Source of the DNA: Mytilus californianus
Taxonomy: Eukaryota
Length of the DNA stretch: 64,000 nucleotides
Direction of reading: 5' to 3'
Assembly (NCBI RefSeq): GCF_021869535.1
Contig: NW_026262593.1
Span: 31,496,001 to 31,560,000 of the forward strand
Shown: positions 13,413 to 25,914 of the stretch, in pieces
How the letters are laid out: every line of letters begins with the position of its first letter
Numbering within the stretch: the first letter of the stretch is position 1
Made by a program: the position numbers and the translations under genes
The notes under the pieces: generated by a model
Database searches by the model: none
What the model was told of the DNA's origin: nothing
The model's input: only the letters and a program-made list of their open reading frames with translations

Positions 13413-14629
13413 AAACAATTCTCCAAAGTTTCATAAAAACTTGTTGAAGCCTTTTTGAGTTATTGTCCGACATGTTCACGACGGACAACGCTATACCATA
13501 ATACTTGCCGTATACGTATTCTGTAAACCCCCATCCACACCCTCATAAATTGAACTAAACCGAGTGACTAAAATAAAATCATGTGAAACACCCCTAACAT
13601 CCAGATACAAACTAGGTGTAAGCAAGGACATAATATATATTATGATAGTCCCAGGTTTGCCCCATTTTAGCAAGGACGCTATCAATTATGGATTCACGGA
13701 AAAACGTTCTGGTAAATAGTAAAAATAGAAATAAGTTGAAATAAAAACAAAACTTCCACTCAATGTTATCATTTTCCTCCTTAAGTAGCAAACGACGAGT
13801 ACAACAGGCTATAGAAGCTTGATGTAAAATTGGTTTAAAATGTTGCTATGCGAATAAATTCCTGGAGTACCAACTTCAATTTATTTTTTTACTGTCTGTA
13901 TACCCCTCTGGAACATGCTAATTATTCGTATAGCTATACAGCTAGATCAGAGAACGTCAGGGAAAAAATTCCAAAAGAATCGATTGATATGCAGGAAAGA
14001 TTGGCACTTTTGAAATTAAGTTACTAAAAAAATTCAAACAGACCTTATTTCGATGTAAACATTGAATGTGAATAGATCGAGAAGACCGCAAATACTTGTA
14101 CAAAACTCAAGACGACCTTTTCTTAAAATTGTATACAAAATATTAGAAAGATACCTGCTTTATAAAAATAGTTATCTTTATTTTTTTTAACCTGCACAGA
14201 CATACTTTTAAATTTTTATATTCACGAAAAGACAATATTTCTCTATTGAATGTACATGTGACAAGAGCAGACAGGTGTGCTCGATAACTTAGATGTGAAA
14301 AAATGAGCATACTTTGGGAAATTTTTTTTTTTACCAATATGCAGCAAAGATTGGCATTTTTTAAATTTCAGTTTCACAAGCTTCTCATACAATTATCTCG
14401 TTAAATACTAAACATAAAACATCGTGTATTTGCATGTATATTTCTAATAACACAGTTCAACAAATAATTTCTTTAAAATGTACAATTATTATTTTGAAAT
14501 AACTTTTGATCAGTATCGTCATCGGTATTGTTTTAACATTGACTTTCTCGACTCTATCATTAGAAGAGTGAATTTTCTTTTGTTTTCGTTCACTGGATAT
14601 CCCACTGTAAAGTGTTTATCCATTATAGG

Positions 14630-15260
14630 TTTTGTCGAGCCTGCAACTTCTGTCGCAGAAAGCTAGACATAGGGATAACGATGGAAATAATTTACGATGT
14701 ACATGTCAGTCTGGCAGGTTTTACTTGACCTTGACCTCGTTTTCACGGTTCATTGCTCAAGTTTTTGTGTTTTGGTCTGTTTTTTAAAACTATAATCAAT
14801 AGGTAAACTATAGTTGGTGTATGGAATGATTTTAAGGTGTATATGTCTGTCTGGCAGGTATCATCCGACCTTGACTTCATTTTCATGGTTCATTGGTCAA
14901 TGTCAAGCTTCCCTGGTTAAGTTTGTTTCTTAGATACTATATACAATATGTCATCTATATGTGAAGAAGGGTTCATCTGACCTTGACCTCATTTTCATGG
15001 TTCATTGGCCAATATAAAGTTTTCAGGGTTTGGTCTGTTTCTTGTATACTATAAGCAATAAGTCAACTATATTCGATCACGGTATGGAATGATTGTAAGG
15101 TGTACATGTATTTCTTGCTTGGTCTATCTGACCATGACATCATTTTCTAGGATCATGTTAAGTGTATGTGATACTTGTAGTAAAACTTTATAATTAGGAC
15201 TATCAACATAAAATCAATGGCTAATAAACCAGGCGAGACATTTCAGCGTGTGCACTCTTA
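14630..15260 (-). mobile_element. HINE/pearl-like non-autonomous element with internal tandem core repeats
   Basis: Terminal hairpin gtcgagcctgcaacttctgtcgcagaaagctagac, repeated gaccttgacctcattttcatggttcattgg cores and other end cagcgtgtgcactctt. Same family as 27640-28738. Confidence 0.75.
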
Positions 15261-15959
15261 AGATAATAGGCAGAAACACTCAAAATGGATAAAAATCATC
15301 ATAAAAAAGCAATAACTCCTGTAAGAATTTGACTGACCATTTTGGCCGTAAAATGTATTTGTAGATCTTGTTTATCTGGTCATTTTTGCTTTTTAAAGTT
15401 TCTTTTATAGGTTTTAAGATGTTAAGACAGAGACATATATACTAAAGTATATGTGTCTCTGGTTAAGGAAAAGAGTAAAAAAAGAGAGTGTAAAAATCAG
15501 ACTGAAAGGGCCGTAATAACTCAAATAAGAAGAAGTCAGACAATTTGGCCATGTTGACATATTTGTAGATCATGCTGCTCATTTTTGCTTTCAAAAGTAA
15601 TCTATCTTTTATTGTCTTTCAAGATAATGGCCAAATTATCAGACATATGTACTTTTACGGTACTAAAATCTGTCGATACCTGTATATTTTGGCATTGCAC
15701 AAGGTCATGATTTTCTCTAATTGTTAATGCCGTCTTTACACTAAATTAATTGGATGTTGGGTGTGTACTGATTGATATCTTAGCCTTAGAAACATGATTT
15801 TTTTTAATTAAATGTTATTGGCTTTGAACTAGCTGTCAGTAACTGCGAGTACTCTCAGATCTGTACTTGGTGATTTTTTTGTTGTTAGGGACGAAGTGTG
15901 GATAAATACCCTGTCACGTCTGGTCTGTGTTTTGTTTAATGTTTTTTGCTTTGTATCAG

Positions 15960-16330
15960 TTTATTCTAATGTTGTGCTGTTACACCACTGTCCCAAGTTA
16001 GGGGAGGGTTGAGCGCTCACAAACATGTTTAACCCTGCCACATTCTTCATGGGCCTGCCCCAAGTCAGGAGCCTGTAGTTAGTGGTTGTAGTTGGTTCGT
16101 GTCTGTCATATTTGTTTTTCATAAATGGTTTTGTTATAAATTAGGCTGTTAGTTTTTTCTATTGAATTGTTTCATATTGTTCATGTCAGGGCCTTTTATA
16201 GCTGACTATACGGTATGGGGTTTTCTCATTGTTGAAGGCCGTACTGTTGCCTATAATTGCTTACATCCACTTCATTTGAACTTGTGTGGATAGTTGTCTC
16301 ATTGGCAATCATACCATATCTCCTTATTTT
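15960..16330 (-). repeat. Dispersed repeat family copy (reverse, diverged)
   Basis: ttgtctcattggcaatcataccatatct, gaaggccgtac and tcaggagcctgtagtt match the family. Confidence 0.8.
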
Positions 16331-17482
16331 TATAAAAAAAAGATAAAATTTGTCATTTTAGGAAAATACTTCAAATGAGAAGTTCAAGTAGTCTTGACAG
16401 TTTAGATGTAAACGGACAATTGGTAGATCTCAACATTCTGAACATTTCGAGCCGATTCATATTACCTTAACTCCTTTCCCTTAAATATATAGGTTTAAAC
16501 AAAACAAACAATATATTCATATTGCAAATAACCCAGACAACTAGTAAGGCACCAGATTTTAATAATTATTAAAACAATATTACATTAATACAACTCATAA
16601 GCATAAGCATAAATAAAATCTTAACAATTATAATTGATAAAATGCTTGTATACTGTATTTAAGAGGAGGGAAAATGGCAAAATCCCTTATCATCAACGAT
16701 CCCGCCGGCCAGGAAAAACCAACTAAAACGAGTGAACTCGGTCAAACTACATTACACACTGAATATGTAGTGGAAAAAAGTTGGAAACCTGTGTCCAAAA
16801 CCCAATGCTCGGAATACTTTGGACAGTATTAAAAAAGTCTATAATTATTCAAAACATAATACATATATGAAAAATATAAGTTAAAGCAAAGCAAAAAGAA
16901 TTACATATTTTAAATATGTAAAAAGAAACTTGACACTTCTTGACAGTTGGATAGACAGTGAATTAAGGCTTTAAAATGATTTGGTTTCTCGCTATTCCTT
17001 AAAACAAGGGAAAATTTAATTATAATGCATCATAATACAAAATAACTAAATGACACAATCTGCCTCCGCAATGTATTTATAAATATAAAAGAAATTAATC
17101 TTCTTTCAATCAAAAGGAAGACAAAGATCAGCATAATGGGTAAGGTATCATTAGGAAAATAGATGACAGTTTTGTTAATTCATTCCAATTCTTATTTGCT
17201 GGATACCAGCACACAGTCTGGTTGTTTTTAAAAAACTAGAAAACTAGTGCTTGGCTTGCACATTTCTGTGTGAGGCATATACATAAATATTAATTTTGAT
17301 ACAAAGAAAGCAATACATTTAATAGGGTTTCAAGTTTCATAAATTTTGACACTAAGAAAAAATTTGGGATATGAGCTTAGTAAATACAAAGTTTCATAAC
17401 ATTTTTGACATAGCGAATCGATTTGGAATAGCATCTCATACCTATGTATACATTTTCATAACAATCCTAGCGCAAAAAGACA

Positions 17483-17703
17483 TTTTTGTCAGCTAAATTT
17501 TTCTTCTTGTCTAAATAAAGACATGACAACGGATACCAAGGATGCGAGTTCATTTGCAGAATATCTAACTCAAGATTTGTGAAAAAGGTCATTTATTCAG
17601 AATATCATAAAGCATTATACAACTGACAGTGATGGACAATTATGTCATAAAACAAAACTGAATAAATGACAACAATTGCAAAGGTGGGGAATAAATACCG
17701 CCA
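17483..17703 (-). repeat. Split direct repeat B2 (element 3' end)
   Basis: Matches 18184-18404. Confidence 0.93.
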
Positions 17704-17813
17704 CCCATCAGTAAACAAATTACAAAACATAAACAAACAAATTTATACAATCAACATTTGATATATTAAAATAATAAAAATAAACTTAGTAAAGAGGGTG
17801 TAGGTGGGTGGGA

Positions 17814-18189
17814 AATTGAAAATCTTTACTTTTCTTGCAAAACAAAAATAGCGTCTAGTATCATTCAGTGTAATTGCGAAAATGCGGGCGCAACCAGACG
17901 CTTGTTAAAAGTTAGCATGCACTTTATCCTCATTGGTCAATTAAAATATTTGTGGCCAATGATAATTAGTATTGACCCTGATCATGCCATGACCATGCTG
18001 ACCTTGACTGCCTGTAATCAAAAACTTGCATAATTCCTAGACAAAGACCATGGAAATTTTCGGTTTCTTATTACAACATTGATAACAAATAAACCCTATA
18101 CAAGTTGAAACAGTAGCCTATATAGCTAAAAATTAGTGTATAAAAATTTACTGCCAAAAATGTTTTTATCACCATAAAACTGATTTTTT
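17814..18189 (-). repeat. Split direct repeat A2
   Basis: Matches 23747-24123. Confidence 0.93.
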
Positions 18190-18404
18190 GTCAGCTAAAT
18201 TTTTCTTCTTGTCTAAATAAAGACATGACAATGGATACCAAGGATGCGAGTTCATTTGCAGAATATCTAACTCAAGATTTGTGAAAAAGGTCATTTATTC
18301 AGAATATCATAAAGCATTATACAACTGACAGTGATGGACAATTATGTCATAAAACAAAACTGAATAAATGACAACAATTGCAAAGGTGGGGAATAAATAC
18401 CGCC
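18184..18404 (-). repeat. Split direct repeat B1 (abuts A2)
   Basis: Matches 17483-17703 and shares a T-run with A2. Confidence 0.93.
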
Positions 18405-18695
18405 ATGATCCCCAAGTCCCTGAGTTGGGGAGACCGCCACCCGAGACATCCTTGATGACTATTTTTTTATGACAAAAGGAAAAATTCAGAAAAATAACTT
18501 CATTCAAACACAAAACATTAGTAAAAATAACAAATTAGGCAGAGCAAGCCCTGTTGACCTCTACCTTAACTGTTTGGCAAGTAGACATGCCAACGTAAAG
18601 CAAACCCTTTTGACCTTTACATTCCCATCACACCGTTTGAAGTTTAATCTTTAAACTTGATATTGAGTTCATCCTATTACCAACATTAAAGTAAC

Positions 18696-19577
18696 TTATA
18701 TGTGTAAGGTACACAGAGTGTAACAATATAAATAAAGACAAAATACATATTTATAGATAAAAAATGGGATTAAACCTATGAAAATTAATAGGGACTTTAA
18801 AGAGGAATTAAAGTAAGTGTATGATACTGGTGTACCACAAAGAAATTGAAAAAGGGGACCTGACTTATGTTTTGCCACCTTTAAATAATCCATCATAGTT
18901 TTTACATGGCAAAACATATTACCAAAGTTCCGAGTAATTGAAATAGTCTTGGGACGCAAGTCGCTATGTTTATAGAGTGTTATTGTGACAGTCATATTTG
19001 TTGGGACCTGATTTTTATATCCCATAGTAATGTCTGAAAACTGTAAAACTTTGTAATTTTCATTTTTGTTTTTAACAACAGTTTCTCCTATCCTGAGGAA
19101 ACAATGAAATGCCAAGGACATCATAGCCTTTAATAAGAACTGATTGAACTGATCCTGTATAACATGTGAAACGGCTAACAATAATTTTGATAATATCTCT
19201 TTTGTAATGGGCAATCTATTGTCACAGGAAATCCTCCAATTTTGCGCACCCTTGATAATCTTTTTTATTAAAAAAGAATTTGTAGGATCAGGCAAACATT
19301 TTAACTTGTGAACATAACTTATAGCAGAAACATAAGATGCTATTGTAGACGGTTTATAATTTTGCAAGAACAGAAAACTAATAGAATGAGATACCATCAT
19401 CTGCGTAGATGAATAAGCCTGTGATAAAGGAAAATGTTCCTTACAGAACTGTTCGTATGCTTTTAACATCCTATTATAAGATGCTCTTGTTGCAGATGAT
19501 AGTGAAGCTTGCAACAATTTTCTCGTCATAGATTCAAAAGATGCTGTGGCACTGAAACTGGAGTTGGACTTAACCAA
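18696..19577 (-). pseudogene. DIRS/Ngaro tyrosine recombinase (SAM-like N-domain plus partial catalytic domain)
   Basis: SLSSATRASYNR..YKPSTIASYVSAISYVHK..DPTNSFLIKKIIKG..RLPIT..LAFHCFLRIGE..YKHS; the C-terminal H-x-x-R motif is absent. Confidence 0.9.
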
Positions 19578-21100
19578 GGAGCTATTTGTTGGGCTTTCTG
19601 AAAAGAAAAACGAGGCAACAAGTCGCAGACTACATTTGTTTTACCCGCAATATGCTTTTCTTTAAAATGAATATTAAACTTTAGCGATGCCAAAACTAGT
19701 CTGCGGACCAATTTCATTAATTTTTTATCTCGTGATGAAGTTTTATTGATAATATCAGCAACAGCAAAAACAATACTTTATGATTTGATAATGAAAGCTC
19801 CCATATTTCCACAGAAATAACAATAGGAAACAACTCCTTTATTGTGATGTGTAATTGAAGCATATTGAGAGGCAATTCTCCCGCAAACCAATTACTGCCA
19901 AAAACAGCAGCATATCCCCCATGAACTCCAGCTGCATCTGAATACAAGTTCAATGATTCGGAAGACACCCATTTTTGAAACAAAAAACAAGACTTCCCAT
20001 TGTAATTAGATATAAAATCAAACCATGCCCTCAAATCAGCTCTCGCGTCTGAATTTAGTGTAATTCTATAATGGGGACATGAATAGCCAATCGTCAGATC
20101 AAATAACCTTCTCAGAAATGCTCGTCCTGGAAATACAACACTACAGGCAAAATTCAATAAACCTAAAAGAGACTGCAATTCTCGAAGAATAACTTTCTTT
20201 TTTACCTTAAATATGTTAAGGAGACCCAAATATTTTGCTTTTTTATCCTTTGGTAATCGAGCTACCATAGCCCTAGAATCAATCTCAATGCCATATATTG
20301 TTATGCATGTTGTAGGTAATTGAGTTTTCTCATCTTTTATAGGAACACCCAAAGTTTTTGATAAAGTTAAAAATATGTACAGAACACTTGTTAGTATTTG
20401 CTTCCCCTACAAAAAAGAAATCATCTAGCAAATGTAAAACACCTCTTATTTGAAATTTGCTATTCAAAATCCACTGAAGAGCAGAGGAAAAATTTTCAAA
20501 CAGTTGGCACGAAGAAGAGGCCCCCATGGGGAGGGCTGCATCATGATAAAATTTACCCTCCCATTTAAAGCCTAATAAATGGTATTCTGAAAAATGCACC
20601 GGAATTAAACGGAACGCATCTTCAACATCGGCCTTACTCATTACACAGTTGAAACCATATTCTTGGACAAGTTCTATGACAGTTCAATATTTTGATATGA
20701 AACTGAAGTGTATTCAGGTGGTGTCCAAAAATTGACAGAGTCCCCTTTTGGAAAAGATAGGTCATGAATTAAGCGGAAATACCTACTTTCTTTTTTTAGT
20801 ACCAGACCCAGGGGAAAACAGATAAATTTTTCAAAGGGTGGTTCATTAAAAGGTCCTCTTATTCTGCCTTTCATTATTTCCTTATTTAACTTGAGAGTGA
20901 CCACTTCAGGATTTTCCCTTGCGCTTTTATGGTTGGAAGGAAATTTGTCAACTTTTTTATCAAGCAAAGAATTTATTTTAAAGCCAAATGTAAAACCCTG
21001 AATTAGTTTGAATTTCATTGCTTTGTCATAACATTTGAGGAAAATGTTTAATTTATTTACTTTTATTGGTGCTGGTAGACTTGTGGGTTGTAAGCCACTC
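19526..21100 (-). pseudogene. DIRS/Ngaro RT-RNase H (pol), several frameshifts
   Basis: GFTFGFKI; PLGLVLKKE..FRLIHDLSFPKGDSVN; KADVEDAFRLIP; LPMGASSS; HLLDDFF; LYSDAAG..ITIKELFPIV; MKLVRRLV..HIAGKTNVVCDLLPRF. Confidence 0.92.
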
Positions 21101-22276
21101 TTTACATGAGACTGTGGCATGTTTTGTTTATCACATTGCACACATTGGTGCTTATGTTTGCAGTTTTCGCTGGAGCAGCCACCTGTTCGACAGAAGGTCC
21201 AGCAGTAACCAGGTGGGAATTGACAGCTTTGTTGCTGAACCCGCCGTTGAAAGGGAGGACCTCCATTTTGTTTAACAGATTTATTATTTGATGCATAATT
21301 AGTAGTATTTGCACGATTGAAATGATCATAAAAGGCAGTGCGCCAAAGATCATCATTTACAACTGCCCAATCAAATTTCATCACTCTGCGTACCTTTCTA
21401 AATGTTTCATCGTATGCTTTTGCCATGTTAAACCCAAATTGCTTTGACATTGCTCTAACATTATATGCATATTTGATAAGACTTAAAATATGTTCTGGAT
21501 GTTTAACATAATAAATAGACATATAAATATCAAAGGCTGCAGTCCACTGATGGATTGAAAAGAACTGTTTTGGCTTTGCTTAGGTAGAAATTTTTACTGC
21601 TTTCGATCTAAAAAGTACATCATCATCTTCATCTTTATTAAAATTTGGAGAAAGGGTGACAAAATCCACATAACTCTAAGACATAATGTCTTTTCTGATT
21701 TTTTTCGCTGACATTAAAACCCAAGGGTAAAGTATTTTTCAGTAGGTAACTTGCTGTCTGCCCTATAACAGAATTGTTAATACCTAATGATTGGTCTTCT
21801 TGTGTTGTTGCACTACTGGCTGTGAAGTATCCTGCAACTGATAGGTCTGACGTCACAGGTGGTACCAATGAGCAGTGGACGGTGTTTGAGGATGAAGACG
21901 GCAATGTATGTTGACTCTCTGTTGGGTAATCAGTGCCGGAGACCGCTTCCTGTGTTGCACTAGAGCGTATACCACACACACTTGACAATCTGTCATCTGA
22001 TATTCGGACTCCACTGCTGTCTGTTAAGTGTAAACCAGCTCCCCTCAACTGAGTGATCATTGCTGCAGCTATTTCATCTCTTGTTGGCTGTGCTGTTGTA
22101 CTTGCACTGTTCATCACAGGAGCTGTTGAAGTAGTTGGACCATTGCTTCGGACTCGTTTTCGCCCTCTTGATGGATTAGTAGTTTCGGTCAGTACCACGG
22201 GATCTATGACAAGGTCCTTTTCTGTGAGGTCGGAAGGAGCAGCTCTTCTTTTCGATCTAGCTCTTTGTTTAGGCAT
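21060..22276 (-). pseudogene. DIRS/Ngaro gag-like ORF with C3H and CCHC zinc fingers (frameshifted)
   Basis: MPKQRARSKRR start at 22276; LPLG..V..K; MSIY..KHP..LIKY..AYDETFR..W..LW; CWTFCRTGGCSSENCKHKH. CVQCDKQ(K)HATVSC is restored by adding one A in the A-run near 21125. Confidence 0.82.
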
Positions 22277-22967
22277 CTTTAAAGGAAACAAAAATAATTC
22301 TTGAATACCTGATAATGCGTGTTTACTAACAATATAACATCAAAAATATGCATACATGTATATCACTTATTTAATACTATCCATTGTTTATTGTTCATAC
22401 AACAAGTTCACACAACGAACAATATGGCACACAATAATGCAATATTATATGACAACTACATTGTAACCATACATGATAATAACCATGAAAGTGTATGGTA
22501 CATGTAAAACAGTATGTAAATAAAACAAGTGTAATCTGATACATAAATACAAAAGTGCACTATGAATATCAGAACCATACCCATAATGATGGTTAACCAT
22601 ATGTATATATAGTGATACAAAATATAACCATATAACCAGTGCAAATTGATACCATTTTACAAAATTGCACTGACATATATGATAACCATAGCCATAAAGA
22701 TGGCAATAAAACCATGTGTATAATGATACATTTGTGTGCCACAATAAATTGGGTAAATTAAACAAGAGCAGTGGATTGTCTGCAAAAACTTGTATATACT
22801 AATTAAAGTATTAAATAACTGATGCATCAGTTTTCATGAATAATAAAACAATGAAGTACATGTACAAATAATAGCATACTATAACTAAAGCTTTTTATTT
22901 ATTATAAGCAAACTATGTAAACGTATCGTTAGATATCTCAATTTCATTTTATTAATTTTTAATTATT

Positions 22968-23553
22968 TCACATACGATTTGAACTACCAACAGCTGCACG
23001 AATACTTTTAGCGTAGATGTGCATACCTTCATCATTTAAATGAACTTTATCTGACAACAAAGCTTTCGTGTTTTTTCCACAGGCCCCGGTGTTTCCAAAA
23101 AGTAATATTTGTACGTGATTTCAAAGTTGAAGACAGTACCTGATTCACTTTGTTTACTTTGTTGTTATAATCGGGACCCGACCTTTCGGAATAATTCGGC
23201 AGTAATTGCCCAACGATCACGTGACTAACACCATACGCTGTAATTATGTAATCACAGAATGACGCGATATCTCGAGCCAATTTCTCAGGTTTCCTCTCGC
23301 TTGTCAAGTCATTACCGCCAATTTGAATAAATACAGAATCTGGTTTAAAAGTGTAAAAAACGTGCATAAATTCTGCTTTCTGAATGCTTTTACGACCCGG
23401 ACGCAATGTACTTCCATCGAATCCAGCAAATTCAACCTGAATTTCTGTACCATCGAATCCTAAATTGTATCGCCCTTCTGCACGATTCTCGTACAAAAAT
23501 GATTCTAATCTATGTACAAATGAATGACCAAATATCAAAACTCGATGAACCAT
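22968..23553 (-). CDS. SGNH/GDSL hydrolase (esterase-like), one frameshift in an A-run near 23070
   Basis: Block I IFGHSF, block II G, block III QIGGNDL. Removing one A gives GLWKNTKALLSDKVHLNDEGMHIYAKSIRAAVGSSNRM*, which supplies block V D-x-x-H. Confidence 0.88.
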
Positions 23554-23746
23554 AATTTACAAATTTAAGAATTTACAATATAAATATAATACGAATATTT
23601 TAAATATAAAACGAATATTTTGAATTGAATAATATTTAAGATGGCTTTTACCTTCTGAACAAGTTCTGTGCAATCGTAACTACGTCTTTTCTGAACTAAA
23701 TCGTCAGTTATCTTCTGTCCAAAGCCTCTTTCAGGAACAAACTTGA

Positions 23747-24123
23747 AAATTGAAAATCTTTACTTTTCTTGCAAAACAAAAATAGCGTCTAGTAGCATTC
23801 AGTGTAATTGCGATAATGCGGGCGCAACCAGACGCTTGTTAAAATTTAGCATGCACTTTATCCTCATTGGTCAATTAAAATATTTGTGGCCAATGATAAT
23901 TAGTATTGACCCTGATCATGCCATGACCATGCTGACCTTGACCGCCTGTAATCAAAAACTTGCATAATTCCTAGACAAAGACCATGGAAATTTTCGGTTT
24001 CTTATTACAACATTGATAACAAATAAACCCTATACAAGTTGAAACAGTGGCCTATATAGCTAAAAATAAGTGTATAAAAATTTACTGCCAAAAATGTTTT
24101 TATTACCATAAAACTGATTTTTT
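23747..24123 (-). repeat. Split direct repeat A1 (element 5' end)
   Basis: Matches 17814-18189. Confidence 0.93.
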
Positions 24124-25158
24124 CGAACAAGCACTAAGTTTTTACTTCAAATTTGACACTGGAAATCTATTTGGAATAGCGTATTGTGGCTATATACATG
24201 GATTTTTATTGCAATCTCTGCAAAACAAATGTTAATGTCTCAAGATTTGCGATTTTTTTAAACATGGTTTTATTGTAATGGATTATGCCCCTTTTTTATC
24301 CTTACTTTTAAATTTGGATTTTTCACCTTATCACCATGTATCATAAGCTTTAACAATGACAATATAGGAAATAGGTATAGGTGCCATAAAATTGATTTGT
24401 GTTAAAGAAAAAGGAAAATAGGTATTTTTGTTCACAAATTTTACATCTGGGGGTTCTTTTTATGATGTTGTAATCTGCATACAGGTTAATTTTCAACTAA
24501 ATTCTATGGAAAAGGCAAATATCAATAAGTTTTTTGGACAGATACAGAGCATATGCATCATTGAAACAGATTTGTTCACATTATGTTTGTTATAACAAAT
24601 GAACTGTCAGACTTGAATATTTAGTTATTCGAACCCTAAGCTCTATGTTTCCTTGGCCTAAGTGTGGTTGAAATCTTGAAGATTTGTCAACTTTCACAAA
24701 ACTTTCTATTTTCGACCTAAGTAGGGGGAAACTATCAAAGATTTGTCAGAAAAAAATCGAAAATAATCTCCCCCGCTTCACTTTCCCACACATATAAGCA
24801 TCAACTAGAAACAATTTTAATCTTTAGATAATGGATTAAATATATGGGGCAATGTTTTTTTTCATATTTTCTTTTTTCTAAATTTTCTATTCTGAAGCTT
24901 ACTAGGGAGTAGTTGAGAAAAAAACTCAATTTTGCAATTTATCATAATAAAATCTCAAATTTGGAATGAAATTGAAAACTGTCACAATTCTTTTCTTTTA
25001 TATTTTTAAAAATCCATTTTCAAAGCTTAAGTGGTTTGTCTATAAATTGATTTATAACTTACTCCTGTTTAAATGGAAATGGATACCCTCATTATTATTA
25101 TTTTTTTTATTATTTCATATAAAATATTTTTAGTAAAATCTATTTGGTGCCATATTAA

Positions 25159-25908
25159 AGATGCATTCTTGTGATGTTTCAGTCTCGTTGAAATCTCGAT
25201 CAGGAACTATTTCCAAAACATGTGATACAAGTGGAAAATATTAATATTAAAACATATCATATTCAAACTTAACTCTGTGAAAAAATTGTGTACTTACAAT
25301 GAGTAGTTTTTGACCGATAAAATTTTCAAATTTTATAACCAATCTGGTCAGTGTCATCAGCCAAAATGTTGAGAAAATAGGTAAGGGGTACAAAGAAATG
25401 ATTTTACCCCATATAACATTTTCTTTTCAAAATTCTTAGATATGTATTTTTTCAATCATTTATAACAAAGAATTTGAAATAATCTGCTTTTTGTTCCATG
25501 AAAATAGAAAAATCCCAAATTTACAAAATTGACAGCATGGTCAATTTGACACGAAAAAGCAAAAAAAAATTATAAAACTTTCTAATATTAACACCAACCT
25601 ACAGATTTTTAAAGTTAAATTTATTTAGATTGGTCCACTTTAACTTTAGTGAAAGTATGAACAAAAATTTAAGTGTGAAACTGTGATTGTTTTCATGATA
25701 ATAGCCCAATAATGGATAAAAATCGATAAAAAATGGGATAATCATTAAAAATGGGATACTTTCAAAATGCCGTAGCAAAAATAAAGGTTCAGCACCATAC
25801 GATTTTTTTCTTCATCAATTACTTTCTTATAGTCATATAAACCAAAAAATCAGGTTCAGAAAAAAAGTTTAATTCTAGAAATTTTTGGCTCCTCAGAGGT
25901 GGACATCC
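25159..25908. mobile_element. Kolobok-like non-autonomous element inserted at the TTAA of a satellite monomer
   Basis: ggtgccataTTAA|agatgc...acatcc|ATAAgtac; reverse complement of 9678-10449. Confidence 0.7.
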
Positions 25909-25914
25909 ATAAGT

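Larger units (their letters stand above)
17483..24123 (-). mobile_element. Ngaro-type (DIRS order) tyrosine-recombinase retrotransposon with split direct repeats A1-[SGNH, gag, RT/RH, YR]-B1-A2-spacer-B2
   Basis: A repeat 23747-24123 = 17814-18189 (7 substitutions counted by eye); B repeat 18184-18404 = 17483-17703 (one substitution, one indel). All internal ORFs are on the minus strand. Confidence 0.92.

Noticed and set aside
20674-21522. Single ORF as a genuine gag-pol fusion
   Set aside because: The fusion arises from a one-base loss in an A-run near 21125. Restoring it completes a CCHC knuckle and ends gag at ~21060, overlapping pol in another frame as usual for DIRS-order elements.
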